The notes under the pieces were generated by a model. The model was not told the origin of the DNA and did not search any database. It was given only the letters and a program-made list of their open reading frames with translations. A stretch of 64,000 nucleotides of DNA, from IMG/VR virus record IMGVR_UViG_3300009788_000087; one strand, written 5' to 3'. Of the stretch, positions 18,176 through 28,148 are shown piece by piece. Position 1 is the first letter of the stretch. Each line of letters opens with the position of its first letter. The translations under genes and the position numbers were made by a program. Origin of the DNA: a virus.

Positions 18176-18382
18176 ATGGCATACGAAGACAAGGCACCAG
18201 TTATTCAAAACATGATGCAGCGTCTCGCACCCCACGGCATCGTGCCTGGTAAGTGTTCCCAATGTGGTTCAACGTATGTTCGACACAATGACTTCGATGA
18301 TGATCTAAGTCGTGAAGAATATCGGATCTCACGCATGTGTCAGAACTGTCAGGATGAAACGTTCGGACTAATGGAGAACTGA
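18176..18382 (+). CDS. Zn-finger hypothetical protein
   Basis: CSQC...SRMCQNCQD; SD AGGAG. Confidence 0.65.
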   Translation: MAYEDKAPVIQNMMQRLAPHGIVPGKCSQCGSTYVRHNDFDDDLSREEYRISRMCQNCQDETFGLMEN

Positions 18383-18753
18383 TGTTGGTAGATAAGTGCA
18401 GTATCTGTAGCACGACACTTAAGCCGCTATTCACATCATGGTTCTGTCCTCAATGTGAGAACGATGTTCATTCCTTCACCGGTGAGACATCTTGGTTTTG
18501 TGCGGGGGAGAGTTGGATTAGAAACCACACCCATAATGGAGCATTTAATGGAGTAGGGTGGACGGGCGAAACATATGTCTCTACTACTAAAGCATTGGGT
18601 TTTTGGAAAACTAAAGTAGGTGATCCGCTGGACGGCGATCGAATCGTTGAGATCAATCTACCACCAGGCAGGCACAATACTTCCGATTCTTTTCTAGGAA
18701 AGAAAATAGTAAGCCTCATACATGCGGTAACAGGTGAGGAATTAAACTTATAA
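18382..18753 (+). CDS. hypothetical protein, N-terminal Zn ribbon
   Basis: CSIC...WFCPQCE. Confidence 0.65.
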   Translation: MLVDKCSICSTTLKPLFTSWFCPQCENDVHSFTGETSWFCAGESWIRNHTHNGAFNGVGWTGETYVSTTKALGFWKTKVGDPLDGDRIVEINLPPGRHNTSDSFLGKKIVSLIHAVTGEELNL

Positions 18754-18992
18754 TGACCACATTTAGAGCAAAAGAAAATAATCCTCTCTTCAAGAAACTC
18801 CAACGTGTATTTGAAGTGATGGAAGAGGAAGGGATTTCAATCAGCTTGGTGGCTGGCTCAAGTGTCAAACTTGTGGAAGGTGAACATGAGTACATGATCA
18901 TGGATCTCGAAGGAACAAGTTTCAACAATGAGTGTGTATTCGACTTTCCTCCTGGATGTGAATGGAAACTAACAAGGCACGTATTCCAATGA
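18753..18992 (+). CDS. hypothetical protein
   Basis: TAATG overlap. Confidence 0.65.
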   Translation: MTTFRAKENNPLFKKLQRVFEVMEEEGISISLVAGSSVKLVEGEHEYMIMDLEGTSFNNECVFDFPPGCEWKLTRHVFQ

Positions 18993-19017
18993 TACGATAT
19001 TACGAGATCTTATAATC

Positions 19018-19047
19018 TTGTACTTATGCCGTTCGTTGGCATATAGT
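19018..19047 (+). promoter_or_regulatory. phage promoter TTGTAC-N18-TATAGT driving the NAD operon
   Basis: TTGTAC ttatgccgttcgttggca TATAGT. Confidence 0.7.
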
Positions 19048-19093
19048 ATACTGTAGGCTGGCAGGGAGCTGGCCCAAAACAAGGAGACAAAAG

Positions 19094-20122
19094 ATGTCGA
19101 AAGCAGACTACTGTGTATTCATTGGGAGGTTCCAACCCTTCCACAACGGGCACTTAGAAGTAATAAAGAATGCCCTTAAAGACGAGGCTGAAAAGCTTAT
19201 CATCGTAGTTGGTAGTCATCGTGTACCGCGATCGTTAAAGAATCCGTGGTCATACGAAGAGCGCCGCGTGATGATTGAGCTGGCTCTACCGGCAGACCTG
19301 CTAGGTAGAACTACGATCGTTCCAGCTCGTGACTACATGTATGACAACACAATGTGGTTGACTGGTATTCAGAATGTAGTTACGCAGACAATTAACTGCA
19401 GGTCAGCAACTGTCAAGCTGATCGGTCATTTCAAGGATGACAGCTCTTTTTATCTCAGGCTCTTTCCACAGTGGAAGCTTGTTGCAGAACCGAATCATTT
19501 CGGTATTACTTCAACTATGATCAGGGAAGAAATATTCGAGAACATAGGGTTGTTCGTCACCAACATGCCTGAAAAGGTTTTGAATGAGGTTCTTGCATGG
19601 ACGGGGACTCAATCATGTGAAGAACTACGTCGTGAGTGGAAGTTCCTCAAGGACTACAAGAAGAAGTGGGCGAGTGCTCCCTTTCCTCCTGTTTTTGTTA
19701 CCACCGATGCAGTTATCGTGCAGGCAGGACATGTCCTTCTTGTCCGAAGGGGTTTCAATCCAGGCAAAGGACGGTATGCACTGCCTGGTGGATTCCTCCA
19801 AGGAAACAAACGGATCATTGATTCTTGCCTCGCTGAAGTCAAGGAAGAAACAAATATTCTGTTCCCGAAAGATCAATTAAAGAAGTGTCTGAAAGATATA
19901 CATGTCTTTGACCACCCTCTCAGAGATCAGCGCGGTAGGACCATAACACACGCACACTACTTTGAAATTGATAGACTTGGTCCCCTTCCAGCCGTTGCCG
20001 GAGGAGACGACGCCGCTGAAGCATTGTGGCTTCCGCTCTGTGACCTTGCACTGGTCGAGGAGAACTTCTTCTCAGACCATATTCACATCATCAATTACTT
20101 TATCAATGGAGTCGGACGATGA
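19094..20122 (+). CDS. nadM: bifunctional NMN adenylyltransferase / ADP-ribose pyrophosphatase (NadM-Nudix)
   Basis: [10 protein letters not shown] (HxGH), KNPWSYEER, Nudix box PGG...[21 protein letters not shown]. Confidence 0.95.
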   Translation: MSKADYCVFIGRFQPFHNGHLEVIKNALKDEAEKLIIVVGSHRVPRSLKNPWSYEERRVMIELALPADLLGRTTIVPARDYMYDNTMWLTGIQNVVTQTINCRSATVKLIGHFKDDSSFYLRLFPQWKLVAEPNHFGITSTMIREEIFENIGLFVTNMPEKVLNEVLAWTGTQSCEELRREWKFLKDYKKKWASAPFPPVFVTTDAVIVQAGHVLLVRRGFNPGKGRYALPGGFLQGNKRIIDSCLAEVKEETNILFPKDQLKKCLKDIHVFDHPLRDQRGRTITHAHYFEIDRLGPLPAVAGGDDAAEALWLPLCDLALVEENFFSDHIHIINYFINGVGR

Positions 20123-20298
20123 ATTACGTAGTCGATATCAATGGCATCAAGTTTCCATACAAAACTCGAGAAGATGGCTTCATCATCCAAATGCCAAGTG
20201 GCAATAAGATGTTCATTAGCTATGAATGCAAGGGAAGCTATGGTATTAGATCATGTCTAATCAATAAGTTTAGAGAAGCACAGCTACGACAATTGTAG
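20119..20298 (+). CDS. hypothetical protein, 59 aa
   Basis: ATGA overlap; [14 protein letters not shown]; hand-translated. Confidence 0.55.
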   Translation: MNYVVDINGIKFPYKTREDGFIIQMPSGNKMFISYECKGSYGIRSCLINKFREAQLRQL

Positions 20299-20328
20299 GT
20301 CGATAGGGAATCGACTGAATAGGAGAAA

Positions 20329-21759
20329 ATGATGGACAACAAGATCATAAGTCTCATTTTAGACACAGACAGTTACAAATTCAGCCACTGGAAACAGTAT
20401 CCACCGAACACCACAGCAATGTACTCCTACCTGGAGAGCCGCGGAGGCAAGTTCGAGAAGACTGTGTTCTTTGGATTGCAGTACTACCTAAAGAAATACC
20501 TATCCACATCGATCAAGATGAGTGATGTATTCGAAGCAAAGAAATTTGCAGACGCGCACGGTGTTCCTTTCAATACGGACGGTTGGAAACACATAGTTCT
20601 TAACCACGACGGCTACCTGCCAGTCCGCATAAAAGCAGTGCCTGAAGGTTCTGTCATCCCGACGAGTAACATTCTCCTCAGTGTGGAGAGCACAGATCCA
20701 AAGTGTTTCTGGGTTGTGTCTTGGATCGAGACTCTGCTTGTCCGACTGTGGTATCCGATCACGGTCGCCACTCTCTCTTACCACTGCAAGCAGGCAATCA
20801 AATATTACCTTGATTTAACAGCAGATGATCCAAATGCTGAGCTTCCATTCAAGCTTCATGACTTTGGCAGTCGTGGTGTCTCTTCACAGGAGTCCGCCAT
20901 GATCGGTGGTGCAGCACACCTCCTCAACTTCATGGGTTCTGATACAGTTGCTGGAATCTGGATGGCCAATGAATACTATGACTGTGACATGGCTGGTTTC
21001 AGTGTTCCAGCAACTGAGCATTCTACCATGACGATGTGGGGCAAAGACCATGAAGTCGATGCTTACCGTAACATGCTCGAGCAGTATAAGGACCAACCGA
21101 TCATGGCTGTCGTGTCTGATAGCTGGGACATTTGGCATGCTGCGAGAGCTCTCTGGGGAGGTGAGCTAAGGAGTAAGGTCATGGAATATGAGGGGACTCT
21201 CGTCGTCAGACCTGACTCTGGAGACCCGCCCAAAGTTGTCGTCAAGTTGATTAAGCTTCTTGCTGCTAGGTTTGGTTCCACGATTAACTCAAAGGGATAT
21301 GCAGTTCTAAACAACAATGTACGTGTCCTTCAAGGAGACGGTATCAATATCGATAGCCTAAAAGATATTCTCTTGGCTGTTGAAGTAGCTGGATATTCTA
21401 CTACGAATATTGCATTTGGTATGGGTGGTGGACTCCTTCAGCAGGTTAACCGTGATACGCAGAAGTTTGCATTCAAGTGCAGCTGGGCTAAAGTGAATGG
21501 TGAGAGTGTCGATGTATACAAGGATCCCGTCACTGATAAGGGCAAGCGCTCCAAACGTGGGCGACTCGACTTGGGAGTTTTTCCTGGATATCCCGAAGAC
21601 GCTGTGAAAACAGTGTTAGAGGGTGGGTGTGAGGTATCACTGCTTCAAACGGTATACGAGGACGGAAAAATTCTCTCGAGCGAAAAGTTCTCTGAAGTAC
21701 GAACGAGAACTGACAGCCCGTACGGTGCTTACAAGGGATGGACTGACAAGAGCGTCTAA
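20329..21759 (+). CDS. nadV: nicotinamide phosphoribosyltransferase (NAMPT)
   Basis: LDTDSYKFSH, LHDFGSRG, PATEHS, VVRPDSGDP, QGDG, FGMGGGLLQ, RDTQKFAFK. Confidence 0.95.
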   Translation: MMDNKIISLILDTDSYKFSHWKQYPPNTTAMYSYLESRGGKFEKTVFFGLQYYLKKYLSTSIKMSDVFEAKKFADAHGVPFNTDGWKHIVLNHDGYLPVRIKAVPEGSVIPTSNILLSVESTDPKCFWVVSWIETLLVRLWYPITVATLSYHCKQAIKYYLDLTADDPNAELPFKLHDFGSRGVSSQESAMIGGAAHLLNFMGSDTVAGIWMANEYYDCDMAGFSVPATEHSTMTMWGKDHEVDAYRNMLEQYKDQPIMAVVSDSWDIWHAARALWGGELRSKVMEYEGTLVVRPDSGDPPKVVVKLIKLLAARFGSTINSKGYAVLNNNVRVLQGDGINIDSLKDILLAVEVAGYSTTNIAFGMGGGLLQQVNRDTQKFAFKCSWAKVNGESVDVYKDPVTDKGKRSKRGRLDLGVFPGYPEDAVKTVLEGGCEVSLLQTVYEDGKILSSEKFSEVRTRTDSPYGAYKGWTDKSV

Positions 21760-21817
21760 TGTAAGACAAGATTTGTCACATAGTCAGCTACTTATCTAAT
21801 AGAGGCAGGATATAGAA

Positions 21818-23296
21818 GTGCATGAGTTAGTAGTCGTTAGTGATTTGCATGTTGGGAGAGGTAGAGACCCAGAAACAGGTAGATACAAACGACTCGAAGC
21901 ATTCTTCTACGACAACGATTTCTATAGATTCTGTAGCTGGCTGTGTGAAGACGCTCTTGAGCGCGGCATAACATTCAAGCTAATCCTCAATGGAGACACC
22001 TTCGATCTACTACGTATAGATTCAGGTGAACCAAACCCGACTAGTCTCGCTGGCATCCCGCTGACTCCAGATGCTGCGTCTAACTCAGTTCGTGAGATGC
22101 TTGAGGGTCATGTTACTTTCGTTGAAGGACTAGCACGTGTTCTTGACTGCGGTCACTCAATCGTATTCATTGCTGGTAACCACGACATCGAGATACAGTG
22201 GCAGGCAGTACAAGACACAATCCGCAATGTCATCACATCATACGTAAAGACAGACATTGAACCCAACATAGAGTTTGCTCCTTGGTTCTACCACGAACCG
22301 AATAGATTGTGGGTAGAACATGGTTGTCAGTATGATGAAGACAATGCATTCGAGTATTTTCTTAGAACACGAACAGAACTAATGTCCGATGAGTTCCATA
22401 AGTCTGAAGTTGGACTACCGATGGGCTCACTGTTTCAGCGATATATCTACAATAATCTAGGTAACATCACATTCATCGTTCCAGGTCGAGGAGCAATGGG
22501 CAGGTATTTCAGGTGGTTGCTCTTCAATAAGCCAAAGCTCGTTGTTAGAACATTTGCAGGTAGACTACCTCTCTTTTTGAAGATGGTATGGAAGAGCAGT
22601 AGAGCACGTCTTCACAAAGACTCGCTAATCCGTCTACATGAATCAAGCTTCGATGCACTTGCTATCACTAGTGGACTCAACGGAAAGTTATACGAAGTTG
22701 CCAAGATGAGTCGATCAAGTAGGTCAGACTCAGTCATTGGCAAGATGGCACTCGGTTTCCTCAAAGGTGCTGGCATTATGTTATTGATTACGATGGTAAT
22801 CCTAGCACTGTGGTTTGCATCTGTTTATGGACTAACAACACTGGCAACGAGTGTCGGACTTCGAGCTATCCTATTCATTGTGTCTAACTTTGGATTTGTC
22901 ATGCTGTTGTTCATCGCTGTTCTATTCATCATCCTTCGAACAGCCAAAGAACCTGAATCGAGTCCGATGAGAACAACTGCTCGCAGAATCGGACGAGTAT
23001 TAGATATACCGATGGTCGTGTTCGGACACAGTCATGATGAAGTAGTGTGGTCACTCTCACGTGGCAAGGGAAAGAAGACAAAGTATTTCAATACTGGTTC
23101 ATGGGCTTCAGTCTTTACACGTGATCAGCTTGTACCACGTGAACGAGTGCAGTATACATTCTTGCATATCGTCGAAGACAATGGAACACTATTGCAGTGG
23201 AGTCCAGGAAGAGATAAACCCATGCCTGTTATTCTCCTTGATGATGGTCATCCATCTGATGAACCAACTCGCCCAACGGACGCTGTCGCTTCTTAG
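21818..23296 (+). CDS. calcineurin-like metallophosphoesterase (LpxH-like) with a transmembrane hairpin insertion
   Basis: SDLH, GDTFD, GNHD, EHG, FGHSH, YFNTGSW; two hydrophobic helices before GHSH. Confidence 0.85.
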   Translation: MHELVVVSDLHVGRGRDPETGRYKRLEAFFYDNDFYRFCSWLCEDALERGITFKLILNGDTFDLLRIDSGEPNPTSLAGIPLTPDAASNSVREMLEGHVTFVEGLARVLDCGHSIVFIAGNHDIEIQWQAVQDTIRNVITSYVKTDIEPNIEFAPWFYHEPNRLWVEHGCQYDEDNAFEYFLRTRTELMSDEFHKSEVGLPMGSLFQRYIYNNLGNITFIVPGRGAMGRYFRWLLFNKPKLVVRTFAGRLPLFLKMVWKSSRARLHKDSLIRLHESSFDALAITSGLNGKLYEVAKMSRSSRSDSVIGKMALGFLKGAGIMLLITMVILALWFASVYGLTTLATSVGLRAILFIVSNFGFVMLLFIAVLFIILRTAKEPESSPMRTTARRIGRVLDIPMVVFGHSHDEVVWSLSRGKGKKTKYFNTGSWASVFTRDQLVPRERVQYTFLHIVEDNGTLLQWSPGRDKPMPVILLDDGHPSDEPTRPTDAVAS

Positions 23297-24012
23297 ATAT
23301 TATTCAATATCTGTTTTACAGTAACGTTATCTTTGGGTTTTTCTTCCCATTTCTCATCTGGTTCATTCCACCAAAACCACTGATCGTCATTGGTCTTAAC
23401 ATATACTTGCCCCTTGTTCTGTGGTACGGTTCCAGTATCCTTAGCAGCACCTACACCAGCCCAAAAATCATCGATATTATAGAGAATACCGGGAAGAAAG
23501 AAAATCTTTGCACCAAAAAGCTTGTTTTTTTCAAATCTTGCATATGCGTCTGGAAAACTAGATTTTAGATTGTTACTATTAATCAAATCAACATTTAATG
23601 GTCTAACATCTGGTGTTCCATGAATGAATTTGAATCCGTTATGTGACAACCACCACGGTTTGTTATCCCAGTCGTCCAAATCAATTCCAAGATTAGGACC
23701 TGGGATAAAGATTAAATCAAGTTGATTACCAACGTGCTGGTCAATGTCTTTTTCGACGCGTCTTACTATAAATTTATTTGGTCGTGCGATATATGTAGCC
23801 ACAGGAAGTTCATCGTCAACCTCAAAAAATTCCCACTTATCAAGTGGAATGAACTTTTCAAAGCCCGCGCCGCCGAAGGTCGTTCCATGACCACCGGCGC
23901 GACTTTTTCCTGAAATCACGATTTTGAATGTTTCTTTCGCAATTTGTGGTAAGCTTTCAAAATTTTTGGCCGCGGCTTCGCGAAGCAAATAGATATCAAT
24001 CAACTTCATCAT
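23293..24012 (-). CDS. AT-rich inverted orphan gene
   Basis: Only long minus-strand gene inside the plus block; likely start MMKLIDIYLLREA. Confidence 0.7.
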   Translation of the reverse strand: MMKLIDIYLLREAAAKNFESLPQIAKETFKIVISGKSRAGGHGTTFGGAGFEKFIPLDKWEFFEVDDELPVATYIARPNKFIVRRVEKDIDQHVGNQLDLIFIPGPNLGIDLDDWDNKPWWLSHNGFKFIHGTPDVRPLNVDLINSNNLKSSFPDAYARFEKNKLFGAKIFFLPGILYNIDDFWAGVGAAKDTGTVPQNKGQVYVKTNDDQWFWWNEPDEKWEEKPKDNVTVKQILNNI

Positions 24013-24162
24013 TATTAAATATGAATAAGATTTCAAATTCACAATATTGTTAAATTGATTTAATGCACTTCTTAGTTTTATTAACTTCGCCACTTCAGTG
24101 TGGTATAATACACTATAGAAAGGACCACCGATGAGCATATCAAAACTAAAGGAGAACGTATA

Positions 24163-24354
24163 GTGTCTACTGACAGGCGTATATTTCTTTGTGGCGGTCT
24201 GGTTTATGCTGCATTAACTAGTCTAATTCAAGATTACTACGGAAAAGAAGATTACATTAGATCTATCGAAGAATACTGGGTTGATCCAGTAATCACAGTG
24301 CCTGGAGCAATCATATTGCTTGTCGTCGGATTATATTTTGGAAGGAAAAATTGA
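24163..24354 (+). CDS. small membrane protein
   Basis: Two hydrophobic segments; SD AAGGAG; upstream TGGTATAAT at 24101-24109. Confidence 0.6.
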   Translation: MSTDRRIFLCGGLVYAALTSLIQDYYGKEDYIRSIEEYWVDPVITVPGAIILLVVGLYFGRKN

Positions 24355-24548
24355 TTGAAGAACTGCTTAAACTATTAGGTAAAGATGATGATTGGGAAGG
24401 CGACCATGATGATCTATGTTCTTTAGCGAGCGAGCGTATCAAAGAACTAGAAACCATTATAGACGATGCACTCATTGCATCAGAAGACGGTTGCATTAAA
24501 GACGCTCTGTATCTCGTGATCGATACATTGAATACTTACAAGAAGTAA
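24351..24548 (+). CDS. hypothetical protein
   Basis: TTGA overlap. Confidence 0.55.
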   Translation: MIEELLKLLGKDDDWEGDHDDLCSLASERIKELETIIDDALIASEDGCIKDALYLVIDTLNTYKK

Positions 24549-24566
24549 GAAGACTAAAGGAAAGAC

Positions 24567-25772
24567 ATGACGATATCATATCTCAAAACAAAAGACGGCT
24601 CAACGATTAAAGAGATTCCACTATGGACTGATGTCAAGACCGTTGAGTCTCAAGCACTGGACCAGCTACGAAACATCGCTAGCCTTCCACGTGTAGTGCG
24701 TATGGCAGTCATGCCTGACGTGCACTTAGGAAAGGGCGCAACTGTAGGTAGTGTTATCGCCACTCGAGGTGCCATCTCTCCCGCTGCAGTGGGAGTTGAC
24801 ATTGGTTGTGGAATGGGTGCAGTTAAGACCAACCTTGATGTCGACAAGGTCACGCGTCATGCGTCTACACTGCGATCTGAGATGGAGTCCGCCATTCCGG
24901 TCGGTTTCAACTCACATGATACGTGCGTCATCAACTCTCTCCCCGATGGAGAGATCAAGAAGACTGCACTCGAGCTGCTGGAGGAGTTTTACACTCTCTC
25001 AAAGTCAGTACAAGGCAGCCTCTCCCGTGCTGCGAACCAGCTTGGCACGCTCGGGGGTGGTAACCACTTTATCGAATGCAATGTGGACACCGACGGAGCT
25101 GTGTGGCTCATGCTCCACAGTGGCAGCCGTTGGATTGGAAATGCTCTCGCACAGGAGCACATGAAGACCGCCATGAAGCTTGAACACAATGTCGGGATTG
25201 TTGATAAGGCACTCTCTTCATTCCTTGCCGGCACTCCTGAAATGGCTGCTTACCGTCGTGACCTGTATTGGGCACAGCGATTTGCTATGATTAACCGATG
25301 GATCATGATGCACCTCTACCAAGAGTCAGTTCGCAAGTTCTTCCCAGGCATGAAGGTCGTGGAAGAGCCGGTGTGGTGTCATCACAACTACGTAGCAGAG
25401 GAGACACACTATGGAGAGAAACTCTTTGTCACCCGAAAAGGAGCTATTAACGCAGAGGTGGGAAAAATGGGGATTATTCCTGGAGCTATGGGACGATGCT
25501 CGTACATCGTGCGTGGGAAGGGCTGTGAAGAAGCTCTTAACTCCGCTCCTCATGGTGCTGGCCGTAGGATGTCGAGGTCGAAAGCGAAAAAACAATTCAC
25601 AGTCAAAGACTTGATCGAACAGACTTCAGGCACTGAGTGTCGCAAAGACAAGGGCGTCATCGATGAGATTCCTTCTTCATACAAGAACATTAAAGACGTC
25701 ATCCACTACAGTGCTGACCTCGTCGAGGTGATTGCTGAACTGCAGCCTGCTATTATCTGCGTGAAAGGATAG
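24567..25772 (+). CDS. rtcB: RtcB-family RNA ligase
   Basis: MPDVHLGKG, VGVDIGCG, LGTLGGGNHFIE, HSGSR, HHN, RKGA, HGAGR. Confidence 0.95.
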   Translation: MTISYLKTKDGSTIKEIPLWTDVKTVESQALDQLRNIASLPRVVRMAVMPDVHLGKGATVGSVIATRGAISPAAVGVDIGCGMGAVKTNLDVDKVTRHASTLRSEMESAIPVGFNSHDTCVINSLPDGEIKKTALELLEEFYTLSKSVQGSLSRAANQLGTLGGGNHFIECNVDTDGAVWLMLHSGSRWIGNALAQEHMKTAMKLEHNVGIVDKALSSFLAGTPEMAAYRRDLYWAQRFAMINRWIMMHLYQESVRKFFPGMKVVEEPVWCHHNYVAEETHYGEKLFVTRKGAINAEVGKMGIIPGAMGRCSYIVRGKGCEEALNSAPHGAGRRMSRSKAKKQFTVKDLIEQTSGTECRKDKGVIDEIPSSYKNIKDVIHYSADLVEVIAELQPAIICVKG

Positions 25773-25773
25773 A

Positions 25774-26073
25774 ATGATCAAGATATCGTTCAGACATATG
25801 ATCGTCGCGATCCCTGTAGTTATTTTCCTAGCTTCATGCGTCTGGTCGTGGTCATCCCCCACGTATGATGGTACACTATTGGGTGATGAACCATCACTAC
25901 GAGGTCTAGTAAGAGTACTTCAACTTGGGATTGGTATAATTGCAGGTATAACAGCATTGTTTATCGGTATTCTCACTTCAGGTTTGAAGCTTTGGGACAA
26001 AAATCCGACCTTGACCATTGGCCGCAAGAAGACGAACCTCACGAAAGCTCGTACTGTTGAGAGGAAAGGGTAA
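25774..26073 (+). CDS. membrane protein
   Basis: Two hydrophobic helices. Confidence 0.6.
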   Translation: MIKISFRHMIVAIPVVIFLASCVWSWSSPTYDGTLLGDEPSLRGLVRVLQLGIGIIAGITALFIGILTSGLKLWDKNPTLTIGRKKTNLTKARTVERKG

Positions 26074-26076
26074 AAC

Positions 26077-27225
26077 GTGCCACTACATAAGAAACTATTC
26101 AAACTCAACAGTGATGGTAAGACCATCCAAATGTGGGAGATCTACTACGCTGTCGACAATAAATCTTACTGGACTGTGTCAGGCCAGCTCAAAGGAAAGA
26201 AGACCACATCATCTCCGACTGCTGTCAAGGCGAAGGTTAACCGCACACAGCTCGAGCAGGTTGTCCTTGAGATGGATGCGAAGGCGACCCTGAAAGAGCG
26301 AACGAGGTATGTCACTGACATTAAGCATGTCGGTGCCAAAGCAGAAGCTGCCCTTCCTGGTTACTCCGCAATGCTCGCCAAGAAATGGGAGAATCAGAAG
26401 AAGAAGATCAAGTTTCCATGTATTGTACAACCAAAGCTTGATGGTGTCCGCTGCCTAGCAACCAAGGACGGGCTCTTCACACGTGGGCGCAAACCGATCG
26501 AGGCATGCCAACACGTCCGCGATGAGCTTAAGCCATTCTTTGACGCACATCCCGAAGCGATGTTGGACGGTGAGCTCTACACTCATGAGTTCAAGGACGA
26601 TTTCGAGACCATCATCAAGGCGGTCAGGAAGTCTGGCAAGCATGCAACTGAGAAGGATTTCAAGCTACAGCGTAAAGTGCAGTACCACGTGTATGACTCA
26701 CCTCGAATTGATGGAATGACAGCGTCACAACCATTTGTTAATCGGTTCGCAAAAGTCACATCCCTATTACGCGGAATGCCCGACTGTATCCGAGTCGTTG
26801 AAACTATCCCTATTGACGACGAGTTTGCCTTGAGTGAGTGGCATGCTGAGTTCCTCATCAAGGGATATGAAGGTACGATGGTCCGTAATAGGGACATGCC
26901 ATATGAAGGAAAACGTAGCAACAATCTCCTCAAGATGAAGGAGTTTGATGATGACGAGTTTGAGATCGTTGATGTCCTCGAAGGCAGAGGAAAGCTTGTC
27001 GGACATGCTGCGAAGTTTGTGCTAAAGAATGCTGAAGGCACTGAATTTCGTGCCAAGCTTGAAGGATCACATGACAGGTTGAAATGGATCTATGAGAACC
27101 CGAGCTCAGTGATCGGAATGCTTTGTACTGTCATGTATCAAGGTTTGACAAACAAAGAGAATGTACCACGATTTCCCGTCGCGAAGAGCGTGCGTGGACT
27201 CAAGGACAGGAGCGATTGGTTGTGA
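26077..27225 (+). CDS. ATP-dependent DNA ligase
   Basis: QPKLDGVR, LDGELY, YHVYD, GYEGTMVR, LLKMKEF, C-terminal OB-fold PRFP. Confidence 0.93.
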   Translation: MPLHKKLFKLNSDGKTIQMWEIYYAVDNKSYWTVSGQLKGKKTTSSPTAVKAKVNRTQLEQVVLEMDAKATLKERTRYVTDIKHVGAKAEAALPGYSAMLAKKWENQKKKIKFPCIVQPKLDGVRCLATKDGLFTRGRKPIEACQHVRDELKPFFDAHPEAMLDGELYTHEFKDDFETIIKAVRKSGKHATEKDFKLQRKVQYHVYDSPRIDGMTASQPFVNRFAKVTSLLRGMPDCIRVVETIPIDDEFALSEWHAEFLIKGYEGTMVRNRDMPYEGKRSNNLLKMKEFDDDEFEIVDVLEGRGKLVGHAAKFVLKNAEGTEFRAKLEGSHDRLKWIYENPSSVIGMLCTVMYQGLTNKENVPRFPVAKSVRGLKDRSDWL

Positions 27226-27479
27226 CAGTAAATGAACTGATTGAGACACTCAAGGTCGCTGTCAGCGATGATTCAACAGTCGGCGATAGACTAATCGTAT
27301 TATCTTCAGATGCAGAAGGAAATAGATACTCTCGATTAGATGCATGTGCTGAGGTCTTTTACGTAGAAGAAGGTCATGATGGCTATGTCATCGATGAAGA
27401 AGACATTGGGGAATCTATCCAAGATGGGATGATTGAATCAAAAGAAAAACTCATTCCATGTTTCTGTTTCTGGCCATAA
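27222..27479 (+). CDS. hypothetical protein
   Basis: GTGA overlap; IVLSSDAEGNRYS. Confidence 0.65.
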   Translation: MTVNELIETLKVAVSDDSTVGDRLIVLSSDAEGNRYSRLDACAEVFYVEEGHDGYVIDEEDIGESIQDGMIESKEKLIPCFCFWP

Positions 27480-27492
27480 GATAGGAAGAACT

Positions 27493-27726
27493 ATGAAATT
27501 CACAATCACGTTTAAAGATCCAGACGGAGTATATGACTCCATTCGTAATGCAGCTAGCTGTAGTGCTGATGATATAGATGGTATTAGTGATGAAGAGCGT
27601 GACAAAATTCGTGAACTTCGTGAAGAAAAGATGACTGAGTTCATCAAGCGCTGGGTGGAATGTGAAGAATACGTTAGAGTTGAGTTCGATACTGAAGCTA
27701 GCACTGCGATGGTTCGTGAGGTATGA
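27493..27726 (+). CDS. hypothetical protein
   Basis: MKFTITFKDPDG. Confidence 0.65.
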   Translation: MKFTITFKDPDGVYDSIRNAASCSADDIDGISDEERDKIRELREEKMTEFIKRWVECEEYVRVEFDTEASTAMVREV

Positions 27727-28145
27727 AAAGACTACCAATTCTACTGCTACTGCTATCCGGATGTGCAGCGGACACCATGCTCTTCTCTCTCATCGATGTC
27801 AGTGATACAGATACTGAGACATGGGAGAAGGTGGAAGCTGGTGCACGAGAGTGGGAGGTGCTAGACATGTACATGGATCCTGAAGGTGAGCCTGTCTACA
27901 TTAGAGTGGAACCCTCACTTGACGGACCTGCTGGTCTTGCGTATCCCAGTGATAGGAAGATCTTCATCAACTCTCTATTTCCCATTAGAATGAAAGGAAC
28001 TGTGACCCATGAACTTGGACATGTGCTCCTTGATCTCGGTCACCTCCCTCCAAAGCTTGGAGTTATGTCGACACCACACCATTCAGACGTGTTGACAGTA
28101 TATGATCTCGAATTTGCATGTGAAGAAGCAGAAAGGTGTTACTAA
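27723..28145 (+). CDS. lipoprotein Zn-metallopeptidase (matrixin-like)
   Basis: Lipobox LSGC; HELGHVLLDLGH; downstream Met-turn-like GVMS. Confidence 0.7.
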   Translation: MKRLPILLLLLSGCAADTMLFSLIDVSDTDTETWEKVEAGAREWEVLDMYMDPEGEPVYIRVEPSLDGPAGLAYPSDRKIFINSLFPIRMKGTVTHELGHVLLDLGHLPPKLGVMSTPHHSDVLTVYDLEFACEEAERCY

Positions 28146-28148
28146 ATA

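Noticed and set aside
26583-27056. Long antisense ORFs inside ligase, NAMPT, RNR and RecA (e.g. 26583..27056, 53212..53622, 57775..58236)
   Set aside because: Ser/Leu/Phe-rich shadows of well-supported genes on the opposite strand
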